From the NCBI GenBank assembly GCA_951406725.2, contig OX597832.1:38006001-38070000 (forward strand): DNA of 64,000 nucleotides, given 5' to 3'. A program made the position numbers and the translations under genes. Of this stretch, positions 24,695 through 46,406 are shown in pieces. Origin of the DNA: Octopus vulgaris (Eukaryota). Under the pieces are notes generated by a model. The model worked only from the letters and a program-made list of their open reading frames with translations, did no database searches and was not told where the DNA came from. Within the stretch, counting starts at the first letter, position 1; each line of letters begins with the position of its first letter.

Positions 24695-24972
24695 TTTACA
24701 GACAAGGAAGTAAATTGTAAAAGTAGTATAGCCGTAAGAACAGCAGAGAAAGATTGGGTATTAACCCTTAGAAGACGGAAAAAAGTTGCCAGCAGGCGTC
24801 TACAGGAGTTGAACACATACCCCTTAGATTGTGTCCTCTGACTGGATGAGTGCTTTGACTCACATAACCACCTGCTGGCAACTTTTTATCATCTTATAAG
24901 GGTTAATACCCAATAATTTCCTGCTGTATTCACAGTTATACTGCATTCGGAATTTGCTTCCTTGTCTATAAA
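24695..24972 (-). other. tRNA-like Pol III unit enclosed by 102-bp inverted arms
   Basis: Arms 24695-24796 and 24871-24972 align without gaps. The 74-nt loop on the minus strand has A-box-like tggttatgtga and B-box-like gttcaactcc. Confidence 0.7.
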
Positions 24973-25012
24973 ATACCAATAACACTTGACGCTTCCAATT
25001 TTTTTTCATAAT

Positions 25013-25073
<61 letters not shown>

Positions 25074-25230
25074 GTTTACGTCATAAACAACATACAATTC
25101 TCACTGGTAAAAACAAATCTTCTAAAATAGATGGAAAAGAATCGAAGGTTTGCTTTGGTATAATGGTAGAACGTCTGTCATGTTTGCAGAAGATGTGGTT
25201 TCGAGAACAACGGCTCTTTTTCCATCTAAT

Positions 25231-25426
25231 GTTAGTTGGTTAGTTAGTTAATTTTTTGGCTCAAAAAGCAAAAAGCAAGGCCATGTAGAGGTACATGGAG
25301 TTATATACAGGGGTGGTGTTCATGCAAAGAGTTCAGGCCATTTGTGGTCAAGGGAGACTTTGAACCGAGCGGTCGTTGGCATCTTCACTATCTTGTCCAG
25401 CAGCTTATTCCACGGATCCGCAACCC
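25231..25426 (-). mobile_element. 3' end of a CR1-clade LINE with (TAAC)n tail
   Basis: Minus strand translates RVADPWNKLLDKIVKMPTTARFKVSLDHKWPELFA*, the CR1 RT C-terminal RV..WN.L....V......FK..LD motif, followed by a short UTR and microsatellite tail. Confidence 0.85.
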
Positions 25427-25497
25427 GAACCTATGCTCCTATTTGGGGAATTATCCATTTCACGTTTCGTAATTAAAAACGTTATATCTATTTCTCT

Positions 25498-25535
<38 letters not shown>

Positions 25536-26234
25536 ATATATATATATCTTTCTATCTATCTATCTGTATATATATGATATCTGAAGTTGACATCGTACTT
25601 TGAGTTTCGTTCCCACGCTGTGTGAACAGCCCAGCATGGGACAAACTCAGAGTGGACTATAAATCTTTGATATAATATCTATTTATTCTATTAAATATTG
25701 ATAACTATATTAATTTTCTTGCACTACGATGTGTGAACGTGTGCATTTGCATATATATATATAGTATATATTTAATTATGTGTATGTGTGTCTGAAAGTG
25801 GGTGTTGCACATCTGTGCGTGTATCGACACGCGTACGCAACACACACACACATAAAAACTGATACAAGTTGAATTATTAAGAAATTTTCTTCACAGCTAT
25901 GAGGTCTTGGATTTGAACCCTGAGAGTGATACCTTTGACAAGTATCTTAACCACGTCCACAAGTTGACCTAAGCATCTTAAGTGAACTTAGTGGTTCGGG
26001 CACTAAAGACCGATAGAATAAGTATTAGGCTTACAAAGAATAAGTCCTGGGATCGATTTCATTGACTAAAATCCTTTAAGGTAGTGCTCCAGCATGGTCG
26101 CACTCAGGTGACTGAAACAAGCAAAAGAATAATAGAATAAAAAATATACTCATACATGCATATATATATATATATATATATACACCTAAATACATACATA
26201 CATACATAGATATCTATATCTATATATAGAGAGA

Positions 26235-26276
<42 letters not shown>

Positions 26277-26301
26277 ATATATATTTATATATATACATAT
26301 A

Positions 26302-26458
26302 TATAATCAAAATAAGCAACAAGGATATCCAAGGTAGTGTAGTACAATCCTTTCATGCTACTTCATTTTATTAAACACTGTAAGTATTACATCAGTTTTA
26401 AAATGTTGAGCAAGTATATCCACTACCTTGGATATCCTTGTTACTTATTTTGATTATA
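26302..26458. repeat. 38-bp inverted repeat made of PLE pseudo-LTR sequence
   Basis: 26302-26339 versus 26421-26458, one mismatch. Homologous to the sequence just downstream of the HHR at 2371-2464. Confidence 0.85.
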
Positions 26459-26684
26459 ATCAACCCATTTGATATTTATATGGATAATACCATACCAAAT
26501 TCTGGTGCCTTTAACATAAGTACCATATTCATCTGAATCTAAATTTTGCTGATCTTATATATATATATATATATATATATGAAAAAACAAGTCAAGATAG
26601 AAAATGCTTTAATTTTATAAAGAACATTTCAGTACCGGTTTTGGTCATTTGAGACTTTTTCAACTGTAACTATTAAATGATTAA

Positions 26685-26762
<78 letters not shown>

Positions 26763-26938
26763 TTTTTTTTTACTTATTTCAGTCATTGGACTCAGGCCAT
26801 GCTGTGGCATCTTGAAGTATTTTTGTAAGCCTGGTATTTATTGTATTACACATTTTTTTTGCCGAACCTCTGTTATAAAGATGTAAACAACCCAGTAATA
26901 GTTATCAACCGGCGGTGGGGGACAAGCGCGCGTGCGTG

Positions 26939-26970
<32 letters not shown>

Positions 26971-27019
26971 CACACACACACACATACACACACTCACACA
27001 TGTATATACCTCACACATG

Positions 27020-27065
<46 letters not shown>

Positions 27066-27107
27066 AGTGTGTGTGTGTGTGTGTGTTTGTGTGTGTGTTT
27101 GTGTGTC

Positions 27108-27312
27108 TGTGTTTGTCCCCCTAGCATTGCTTGACAACCGATGCTGGTGTGTTTATGTCCCCGTTACTTAGCGGTTCGGCAAAAGAGACCGATAGAATAA
27201 GTACTAGGCTTACAAAAGAATAAGTCCCGGGGTCGAGTTGCTCGATTAAAAGGCGGTGCTCCAGCATGGCCGCAGTCAAATGACTGAAACTAGTAAAAGA
27301 GAGTAAAAGAGA
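27108..27312 (+). mobile_element. SINE 3' half
   Basis: acttagcggttcggcaaaagagaccgatagaataagtactaggcttacaaaagaataagtcc..ggcggtgctccagcatggccgcagtc; also at 43190-43320, 26010-26140 and 61677-61880 (-). Confidence 0.85.
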
Positions 27313-27361
27313 GTATATATGTATGTAAATATATAAACATCTATGCACATGTAAAAGGATA

Positions 27362-27401
<40 letters not shown>

Positions 27402-27839
27402 TGTGAACATACACTTATACATACATATAGGCGTATATGTATGTGGCATTTGAGGTAAATGAATGTGTGTGTGTGTGCATGTATGTATAGGCATGTGTGT
27501 ATAGATTAGTAGATTTTTTGTATTATTTTCACATAGAGTTGGAGGGATTCGTTATTTATGAACAAAAATTTGAGATGAGTGAACTGATTCCAACAAGAAT
27601 TTATACCAAGATTGATATACAAAAACATACTCTGTTACAAATGTAGATATATATATACTTCCTTCATAATTGTATAGTCATAAATACGTATGAGAGTATT
27701 TGTATATAATATAAAAACATGTATACATGTATATCACTGCTGTTGTATTAGTGGACACACATACACACGCACATGCACATATGTGTTTTTATATAATAGT
27801 GCACGTATGTTTTAGCATCTATTTAACTATATCTATCTA

Positions 27840-36470
<8,631 letters not shown>

Positions 36471-36599
36471 CACACTGACGGTGTTATAGTGTTGTTCTCA
36501 CATGCAGTAGAGGCAGTTGTTGTTGTTATTGTTCGTTAATGTTGTTGTTTAACCCCAGGCTGAGCAGGTCTGTGGCATTATACATTACATGTGGTAATA

Positions 36600-37680
36600 C
36601 ATTCCTCAGGTGCATATCCCACATGTAACACGTAAAGTGTTGTGCCATGTTGTTGTGTAATACTTTGGTCACTTTCGTTTGCCTAGAGCTGTGGCAGGAT
36701 CGATCCACAGACCCGTAGCTCCGTGTATAACAGCACACGCTGCACTTTCCGATTTACAATCATGAATTGTATACGATGCAATGCTTCCTCCTGGACACAT
36801 ACTTCTTCCAGTGTGCAGTAGTGTAGTTAGGTGGGGAGTGGGCGAGAGGACAAGGTGTGGCAGTCCGCTTCTGACGACGCTTTTGCGAGGGTGACCTTTC
36901 TTGATCTACGGCATAAGCCTGTGTAGGGAGCGCAGGGGCAGTGGTGTGAAACTCAGAGGCTGCACTCGGCGACACACTCTCGAACTACGCCACTGCCACT
37001 TTGCAAAAATAGTTCTGCCGGTCTATTCTTACTGTTGTTGTAGCATTCGGCAAGCAGCGAACCAGAAGACCAATGATATGTCGGCAGTTATTGAAACACC
37101 TAGGTGCAGATCTAGCTGTTATATCAGCAATGTCAGACCCGTGTCGAATTGAGGTCCACATTGCAAGTGGAGGCACAATGGCCCAGTGGTTAGGGCAGCG
37201 GACTCGCGGTCGTAGGATCGCGGTTTCGATTCCCAGACCGGGCGTTGTGAGTGTTTATTGATCGAAAACACTTAAAGCTACACGAGGCTCCGGCAGGGGG
37301 TGGTGGTGAACCCTGCTGTACTCTTTCACCACAACTTTCTCTCCCTCTTTCTTCCTGTTTCTGTTGTACCTGTATTTCAAAGGGCCGGCTTTGTCACACT
37401 CTGTGTCACGCTGAATATCCCCGAGAACTACGTTAAGGGTACACGTGTCTGTGGAGTGCTCAGCCACTTACACGTTAATTTCACGAGCAGGCTGTTCCGT
37501 TGATCGGATCAACCGGAACCCTCGTCGTCGTAACCGACGGAGTGCTTCCCCCCACATTGCAGACTCTTTTGCGTGGGATTCACTGCTGCAGTATGCTAGC
37601 CAATGTTTCTGCTAAATTCTACCTGGCACTCCTTAGGACAGGAATTCTCAATTGTGTTCCCTATGACTTTTTGGAGTCGT
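36600..37680 (-). pseudogene. Possible piggyBac-like transposase relic interrupted by a SINE
   Basis: Minus strand reads TSIRHGSDIADITA (cf. YN..K.GVD..DQ), IIGLLVRCLPNA, RQNYFCKVAVA*F, then AHWKKYVSRRKHCIV..KCSVC; order matches a piggyBac C-terminal half. Judged by eye only. Confidence 0.4.
37166..37551 (+). mobile_element. Full-length tRNA-derived SINE with 10-bp TSD
   Basis: A box tggcccagtgg, B box ggtttcgattcc; TSD ccacattgca at 37156-37165 and 37552-37561. Confidence 0.92.
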
Positions 37681-37867
37681 TATAAGATTTTCTTGTTAAA
37701 ATTTGGTAACAATAATTTGTTTATACTTCTACAATAAACAAAATATTTTAAAGTTTTTAATACAATTCTTAATGATTTTTGGAATTACGGAGATGTACTT
37801 GCATAGCAAGTGACTTGATCTGAGATCATGTACTGAAACAAAAACAATTGCGGCGTTGGAGATTTTT

Positions 37868-38107
37868 ATAAGCCATTTAAGAACACACAAAAGACCGTTA
37901 GATTCACTTCAACATTTAAATTTAATTTTTGTCAAATTATATTCGTCACTTTGAGACTACGACTTGTTCACTGACAAAACTTCATGCTGCACGAAGTTTT
38001 GTCAGTGAACAAGTCGTAGTTTCAAAGCGACGAATATAATTTGACAAAAATTAAATTTAAATGTTGAAGTGAATCTAAGGTTTTTTGTGTTTTCTTAAAT
38101 GTCTTAC
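37868..38107. repeat. Fold-back palindrome, 90-bp near-perfect core arms, 1-nt spacer
   Basis: 37898-37987 versus 37989-38078, centre 37988, extending imperfectly outward. Confidence 0.95.
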
Positions 38108-38883
38108 AAACACCTTCCATGCTAAAATTCCTAAAGATATATAAATATAAGAATAAAGTAGAATGTTTCTTTATACACATCAAATGGCCGTGGAAATCCA
38201 GTAGATTAAAATAGGAATAAGAAATAAAGGGGTCCATAGGCCAAAAATTGCTGCGAACCGCAGACTTAAGAATTCTGAATAAATGTTAGAAGACAAGCAT
38301 TGTCTCATACGCAACTGCATTTGATGACATGCACAGGGTTCGGTAAATAACGAAGAATCTCTGCAGCTATCAGTGTATATACATACGGCCATGTAACTAA
38401 TAAACAATTTGCATACACCGCATGCGAGCAGAAGCAGATATGATATAGAAGCGTACAAACATGTATATATTTAACTATATACATATATATGTGTGTGTGC
38501 GTGTATGCATAATTATATATATCATAGCCTGAAGATTGTAAGAAGGTACCCGACGTGTTATAAAATGCTGTCTGTTTTGTTTTCATTGCATGAAACTATG
38601 AGCAGCTTATAAAAATATATACTGTGTGCATTAAACAATATTTATCTTAACAGACGGAGTACTTTTTTATCGGCATTTGTACACACACAAACTCACACAC
38701 ACTCACGCACACAGTGCGCATATATTCATTTATAAGTCTATGTATTTACAGACACATATATGTATACATATATGCCTGCATATATGTATACATGCAAGAG
38801 ATAGGTATATGTACATGCATGAACATGCATACACACATATATGAATATGTATGTATGTGGGTCCTTATGTTAAGAGTCTCATT

Positions 38884-38926
<43 letters not shown>

Positions 38927-38982
38927 ATTTATTATATAGAAGGAGCTTCTACAGGACTAGAACTGTTTCATTCAAGAGAAAT

Positions 38983-39050
<68 letters not shown>

Positions 39051-39057
39051 ATAGATG

Positions 39058-39106
<49 letters not shown>

Positions 39107-39139
39107 ATAGATGGATAAATAGATAGATATAATTGTATG

Positions 39140-39188
<49 letters not shown>

Positions 39189-39531
39189 ATGTAAACGTAA
39201 TGTGTTCTCTGCGTGTGTATGTATGTATTTATGTTTATGAACACAAGAGTTCGCTGCGGAGTTAGAGAATAAACTAGGATCAATCCTGGTTCCAGCTATT
39301 TCCATTCCATGTGCTTCGATTTGAGAGAGGCATCAACATCGCTACATCTCGTTTCGTTGTTCAGGTTCGTTACGTAAGCAACTCAGGTAAAACCACTTCA
39401 TTAAACTTCTTTCCTCATTTTCGCAAACTTTCAACGCAAAGTCGCATCCATTCAAACATGACCGATTACACACTGACATTTACATACACAAGTGTGTGTG
39501 TGTGTGTGTGTTTGTATGCATGCGTATTACC

Positions 39532-39569
<38 letters not shown>

Positions 39570-39605
39570 GATATATCTATCTATATCTATATATACATAC
39601 ATGCA

Positions 39606-39666
<61 letters not shown>

Positions 39667-39786
39667 ATATATATATATATATATATGTATATCTATCTAT
39701 TAGTCTGTTTGCCCGTCTGTATATATGTATGTGTGTGCGGCTGTGTATGTATATATGTATGTATGTATGTATATATCTATCTATCT

Positions 39787-39868
<82 letters not shown>

Positions 39869-40227
39869 GTATATATATATATATGTATGTATATATATAT
39901 ACATATATATACATATATATATATACACACACATATATATATATATGTGTGTGTGTGTACATATGTTTTGGCAGAGAGAGAAAGAGAGACAGAGAGAGAG
40001 ACAGCGAGTGGGGAGTTTGAATCCTATACTGAACCAATACTGACGACTGCTTTACTTTAAAATATCATAAAAATTCCATTCCCTTTACTGAAATATTTTC
40101 TTATTATCCAGCCTCTATGGGAACAAAAAGGATAAACTTCTCAGAGTTGGTCTCGCTCACACATGCCCGCGCACACACACACTCACACATGCTCTCAGCA
40201 CGCACACACGCTCACATAAATATATAT

Positions 40228-40389
40228 GATGGGCTTCTTTCAGTTTCCGTTTACCAAATCTACTCACAAGGTTTTAGTCAACCCTGGGCTATGGTAGAAG
40301 ACACCTGCCGAAATCGTCACGCAGTGGGATTGAAACCGGAACCATGTGGTTGGAAGCAAACTTCTTACCACACTGCCACGCCTGCGCCT
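40228..40389 (-). mobile_element. tRNA-derived SINE 5' half
   Basis: Reverse complement begins aggcgcaggcgtggcagtgtggtaagaag with B box cggtttcaatcc. Confidence 0.8.
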
Positions 40390-40555
40390 ACATACATATA
40401 TATTCTAGCAAAAACTGTCCGACCAACAGGAACGTGAAACTCAGAGTAACAGGTTTTGTTGAATTTTCTGCTGCTTTAAATAAAGCATATTACTCTACCC
40501 CTGGTATTTGAGTACTCTTTTTTTCCACATTGTTTCACATTTATGTGTTTACTCC

Positions 40556-40605
<50 letters not shown>

Positions 40606-40842
40606 TTGCATGAAAGTATATATGTATATATAATCTAAAATGTTAACACATACGCAAATACACACGTAAGCATGTGTAAAGAAATGTATGCAATACTATA
40701 AATACTCTACACACCTGTAACACAAGTCTTTAGCGCACTTTGTAGTTTTGTGGTTATGAACGAAAATAGAAACCAATCACCCACCACCAACACCACCACC
40801 TCACAAATATAGGTAACATGGCCACTGTCTTTTCCCTTCTAC

Positions 40843-40918
<76 letters not shown>

Positions 40919-40919
40919 T

Positions 40920-41098
40920 CTATAGGGAGAGTTTACGAAAAAAACAAAAGACGAAGACAGGTGGTGTACAAAACAAACAGATGTATTAGTATAACGCTCA
41001 GGAATAGAAAAAGTCCTTTACGTTTCGAACCTACGCTCTTCTACAGAAAGGGACACAGAAAAAACAAGGAGAGAAAAAATGTGTATAGGGGCTAACGA
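40920..41098 (-). mobile_element. PLE pseudo-LTR between microsatellites, with HHR-like motif (core CUGUAGA) at 41015-41051
   Basis: Minus strand ccttt-CTGTAGA-a-gagc(gtag)gttc-GAAA-cg-TA-aagg; homologous to 480-666. Confidence 0.7.
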
Positions 41099-41112
41099 TA
41101 TATATATATATT

Positions 41113-41163
<51 letters not shown>

Positions 41164-41172
41164 GGATGGATG

Positions 41173-41225
<53 letters not shown>

Positions 41226-41439
41226 GTATAAGTCAGGCGATGTGTGACGCAGTACCTTCTTTAGTTGGGCAAATAAAAGTGAAGCACTTATGGCCGCCTG
41301 GCTTAGTTACTGTGTGGCCCATAGATGGTGTTGAATGTAGCAGCACTATTTTAGAGTGTTCGCACTGCATTTGCGATGAATACTCGATTGTCTGAGATTT
41401 TTAGCCTACTTTGTTTAACTTTAAACAAAGCTTTTAAGA

Positions 41440-43400
41440 GAGATGAAGATGTCACTGATGGTGTCTAATGTAAACAGTAGTCCATAATGATTCAAGAGAA
41501 AGTCGAACTGTTGGGAAAAAAAACATTGGACAGTGGTGTTTCAGTGCGTAAGTTTTGTAAAATCTATGGTATATAGGTTCATAAGCTGTTCATGATAAAA
41601 AGAAGCAAAAGGAAAAATTATTGAAGTTCTGTATAGAGTGATTCTAAGAAGCAAGTGAGCACTGGAAAAACAATGAAATATGGTAAGAGTACAGAGTACA
41701 ATTGAATGACCTTGAAACGGTTTCGACAGCATTGGAGTAATGGAGTGGAATTTTCAGGCAACTTGATAATGGAGCACACTCGATTGTTCAAGAAAGAAAT
41801 TAAATTAGAACATAAAGTTGATTATAGTGAAGGAGCTGCGAAGATTCAGGAAGTTTCATAAAATTTCCGCCATTTAGTGGTCTGTAAAACACGAAGGAGC
41901 TGAGGATTATGGCGAAGAATTTGCCAGACTTTTAGCTTGGCGAGGACTTCGGCTTTCAGTGGGTGTATGATGCACATGAAACTATTACATTAGTGGTATA
42001 CATCTAGGAAAACATTATAAGCAAACAATGAAGCACAGGATAATAACCAATTTAAGAAAGGGTTAAGCATCTTAAGGGCACAAATGCAGCAGTTATGTGC
42101 AGATGTAAAACATTAGTGGCAGCGAAAGTAAATACACCAGATTCTTAAAACCTGTTAAAATTTACCCTGTGATATACCATTAAAAATGGCTCGAATTACA
42201 ACAGAAATTACCTAAGAATGGCTTGAATGTGCACACTGCACATCCGTGGGTTTACCTGAAATTTATAAAATTCTTCTTACTCGTCCCATCTTGAAGATGG
42301 ACTCTTGTGTAAGAAGGATGTTTATACAATATTTACCACCAACCAGTACGTCACTTATCCAAATCCAAGATCAAGGCATATCGTATTCTTTACACGCTAA
42401 ATATCATTCACTTTCCTTTAAACTTATGTTAGACCCGGTGAATGCTGGGAAGTTTGTACCGACATCTATTATTCAACTTGAAGAATGTTCGTTGGTCCAT
42501 TGAAAAAGGATGGGAGAAGTTGGATGCAACAACACTAAAAGGAAAAACACAAAGAAAAAGCTTGGTAAGTTGTGGCCTGCTTTGCTCTTTGATAAAGCAT
42601 CTGGTGAAAATGTTGACAACGATTCACGGATTTAAATTATCAAGCGAAAAATATTTTCATGAGTTGTTTGAGTATGCAAAAACTGTTATGGGACCTGTTG
42701 CCGTGGATGTAGCAAATAATCTTTAATAAAGTGAATACGACAGAAGGGAAGCGTGTCGACTAAGAAATACCTGCTACGCATCATGAGAAGAATGGTAATG
42801 ATGAATACGATGAAGATGTTAATAGATGTAACGGAAGGACTCTCCCCCTCCACCCATGAGTTTACTGAGTTGGTGAGCAAAGTAATCAAAGGGATAGAAC
42901 AACATAACGCCTTTACAGAACAAGAACTAATGAATATACATTAGTTGCTACATCCACGACAACAGGTCCCATAGGCGCAGGAGTTGTTGTGTGGTAAGTA
43001 GCTAGCTTAACAACCACATGGTTCCGGGTTCAGTCCCACTGCGTGGCACCTTGAGTAAGTGTTTTCTACTATAGCCTCAGGCCGACCAAAGCCTTGTGAA
43101 TGTGAAAGAAGCCGTCGTATATATGTATATATATATATATATGTGTATGTGCTTTGCATATGTTTGTGTGTCTGTGTTTGTCCCCACCCCCTGGTGTGTT
43201 TACGTCATCATAACTTAGCGGTTCGGCAAAAAGAAACAGATAGAATAAGTACTAGGCTTACAAAGAATAAGTCCTGTGGTCGATTTGCTCGACTAAAGGC
43301 GGTGCTCCAGTCATGGCCACAGTACAAGAGTAGAAGAAAATATCAAAACAATGAAGCAACTGCGTTTGGATGAAGAATTTAAAAGGATATTCAAGAATAA
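41440..43400 (+). pseudogene. Degraded pogo/Tigger (CENP-B-like DDE) transposase
   Basis: HTH relic IQEKVELL..LDSGVSVRK..KKQKEKLLKF, DAHET (cf. NADET) and FIQYLPPTSTSLIQIQDQGI (cf. FLPPNTTSLIQPMDQGI). Many stops and frameshifts; split by a SINE. Confidence 0.85.
42974..43320 (+). mobile_element. tRNA-derived SINE nested in the Tigger relic
   Basis: ggcgcaggagttgttgtgtggtaag..gggttcagtccc head, (TA/TG)n middle, and the tail seen at 27108. Confidence 0.85.
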
Positions 43401-43839
43401 TGTGGGCCAGGCTGCCTTAAATTCACGAATCCGGGTTATCCTACCTGTCGCATCAAAATTCAAGGATGAAATAATTAACTACGAAACAGGCAATCGTCCC
43501 CAAATCGTTCAACTTCCTGATTTTTTGAATAGCTTTACGGTTCCAGTAAAATTCTAAACTCTGTCAGTTTGAGAAGAGTGAAGTTGCTGAACACTTTGTA
43601 AGCGCAGTGATTAATAAATTTATATTTAATTTATGTTTAATAATCTTGTTTAATTAATCCTGTTTCACTGATATCGGCGCTCGTACCGTGCAGGATTAAT
43701 AAATTTATGTCATTTACGCTGATCATCCAATTTTATTTAATCTAATTATTTAATATCTATGGTGTAAGCAGCCCACGATACTTTAAAAACGTCAGAAGTA
43801 TATAATTATTGTTGAACAAAGATGACCACCTCTGTTTAG

Positions 43840-44021
43840 GAATAGTGGCTAGCCGAAGTTTCGGCTAGCTAACCATCATGTCCAATGATGTGTATAGATA
43901 CAGTACCGAATTTCTGACACCATTGGGTCCAAACCCAGTGGTATCAGAAATTCGGTACTGTATCTATACACATCAATGGACATAATGGTTATCTCGCCGA
44001 AACTTCGGCTAGTTACTATTC
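43840..44021. repeat. Fold-back palindrome, 89-bp arms, 4-nt loop
   Basis: 43840-43928 versus 43933-44021 with a few mismatches; each arm has an internal gccgaa..ttcggc hairpin. Confidence 0.95.
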
Positions 44022-44462
44022 TTGTTAAAGAATAATAAATTTGTACTCTTCAAAAGTATGGAGTTAAAATTTAGATTTACGTAAAATTGTTTTTATTGTA
44101 AGTAAGCATTGCCGAACCAATATGTTGCGGGAACGTAAACAAACCAGCACCGGTTGTCAGGTGGTGTAGTTGGAGGGCAAACACATAAACATACACAATT
44201 ATATATCTATATATCGTTGCTATTATGCAAAAGTGTCGTAAGTCCGAAACGTTACTTTTTCAGAAAGCGAAAAAATAGCTTCACTATTCCATAGCAAAAC
44301 CGTTGTACTAATCTTTGACAATTTTTGATATTTTGGCATCTGAAGTAGCTGGAGATACGATAGCTTGATCACTACGATTGTACCTTGTATATATAGATAT
44401 ATACATACAACATAACACCTTTACAGAACAAGAACTAATGTCTATGTATATATCTATATATA

Positions 44463-45350
44463 CGAGGTAGTATCAAATGGTCCCCGGCCTAGTTCTGTGA
44501 CGCGCCAAAAGATGGCAGCACACGGTTGCGTGCGCAGTGAGAGCTAACACTAACCTTCATGAGGCAGTGTGCCGAGTGACATCGCTGTGTTTACTTCGTA
44601 AATTGTGAAATCTGTGTTTTTGTGATCACATGTATGCTGTAGTCTGCGATTTTGTCATGGACAGAAAGAAAGAGTTGACATTTTGCGTTAAACTTAGGAA
44701 GTCTGCTACATAGACATTGAGCATGTTTGCGACAACGAGGCAGTGGGTCGTGGGTAATGTTTCGAGTGGCACAGGTGCCTCAAAAGCGGAAGAACGTCCC
44801 TGGAAGACGATGAGCGATGTGGAAGATCTGCCACGAGCGTCACCCTTTGAAATGTGGGTGCATCGAGAATTCGTCCCTGGGGCCAGACCGTCAACTGAGT
44901 GTTCTACTGCGACGTTTTGAAGTATTTGAAGGAAGACATCCGGTGAAAGAAATCGGATCTGTGGAGAGTGAAGAATTGGATTCTTTACGACGTCAGTGTA
45001 CCCTGCCGCCGAGCTCTCGTCACTCGTGAGTTTCTCGCCAAAAAGCAACATGGTATCGTTTCCGCACCTACCATATTTGCCAGATTTAGCACCTGCGGAC
45101 TTCCATCGCTTCCCCCAAGATGAAAAAGCAGCTCAGAGGTCACCGTTTTAACATCGTCGTCAAGATCCAGAACGAATCGCAGAATGTCCATGATTCACGG
45201 CATATAACTTCCGGACTGGATTCCAACAGTGGCAGGAACGCCGGGATCGGTGTATTGCTGCGCAAAGAGACCGTTTTGAAGGAGAAGATGCTAAAAACGC
45301 AGGTAATAAGTTATTTTTTATTAAACATAAACAGTCCTGGAACGCTTTGA
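44463..45350 (+). mobile_element. Internally deleted mariner element
   Basis: TA then cgaggtagtatcaaa.. left TIR, partial right TIR agtcctggaacgctttga. Relics FCVKLRKSAT, EWHRCLKSGRTSLEDDER, VHREFVP, PHLPYLPDLAPADFH (YSPDLAP motif) and KMKKQLRGHRF. Confidence 0.9.
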
Positions 45351-45804
45351 GTGTGTGTGCGTATGCGTGTGTGTGTATGTGTGTGTGCGTGTGCATGTGT
45401 GTGTGCGTGTGCATGTGTGTGTGTGTATGTGTATGCGTGTGTGAGTGTGCATGTGAGTGTGTGTGCGTGTGTAGAACGAGCTTTCCCACAGTTCTCGTAA
45501 ACCAAATTCTCTCACAAGGGCATTGGTCGTCCTGGGCCTATAGTAGAAGACACTAGCCCGAGATGGTGAGCAGAGGGATCGAAACCGAAACCACGTGGTT
45601 GCAAAACTTCCATCACCATATTCACTCATCACCACCATCGCCTCTACCAACAACAAAGTTATTGCTATTTCACCAAGGAAACACTGGCCATCACGTGGCA
45701 TTGTCACCTGAAAAGTAAGCGAGCTTGAACAGAACTCATTATCAGATTGTCTGTCTGATAATGTAAAGTGTTGTACGTGTTCGTTCGTTTCTCTGTGTGT
45801 GTGT

Positions 45805-45849
<45 letters not shown>

Positions 45850-46181
45850 ATTGAATGAGCGTGTGTCTGTGTGTGTGTGCAGGTGCGTGAGTGTGCGTTA
45901 TGTTTTCAGTTTTATTGAGAAGTTTATCAAAGTGTGGTTAATAACATTCCCAGCTAAGACAAACGTTTATCAGTATAGCATATATTCTGATAAGTTATTA
46001 CTCATCTATGTTGATATACTTGGAAGAGAGGAAATAAATCGATTGATTCATTGATCAATAGATAGTAATTCACGGTTGATTGAAGCCGACATAGACCCCA
46101 CCACTCATATTGATGGACTATAAAATAAGATCAGTATGTATTCAGGAACACAAGCACTATATATTGATATATATATATATG

Positions 46182-46398
46182 CGATGGGATACAGTAAAAT
46201 TCTTGGCTTTGGATAAAGTAAAATACAAGAGAACCAGTTAATTATGAGTTTATTCAACATGTTCCCCTCTCAAATTATTACCTTTATTGCGGCGGTCCTT
46301 CTGTTTATCTAAGCCCTGTAAAAGACCTCGGATGGTTGGGCCTATAATCAGGCCTTTCGTTACACCCTTAAAGCCAGGAACTTTTCAGACATCCCTTC
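46182..46398. mobile_element. Mariner-type MITE, degenerate
   Basis: Imperfect TIRs ..aaaattcttggcttt / aaagccaggaactttt.., about 215 bp, no ORF. Confidence 0.55.
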
Positions 46399-46406
46399 AT
46401 ATGTAG

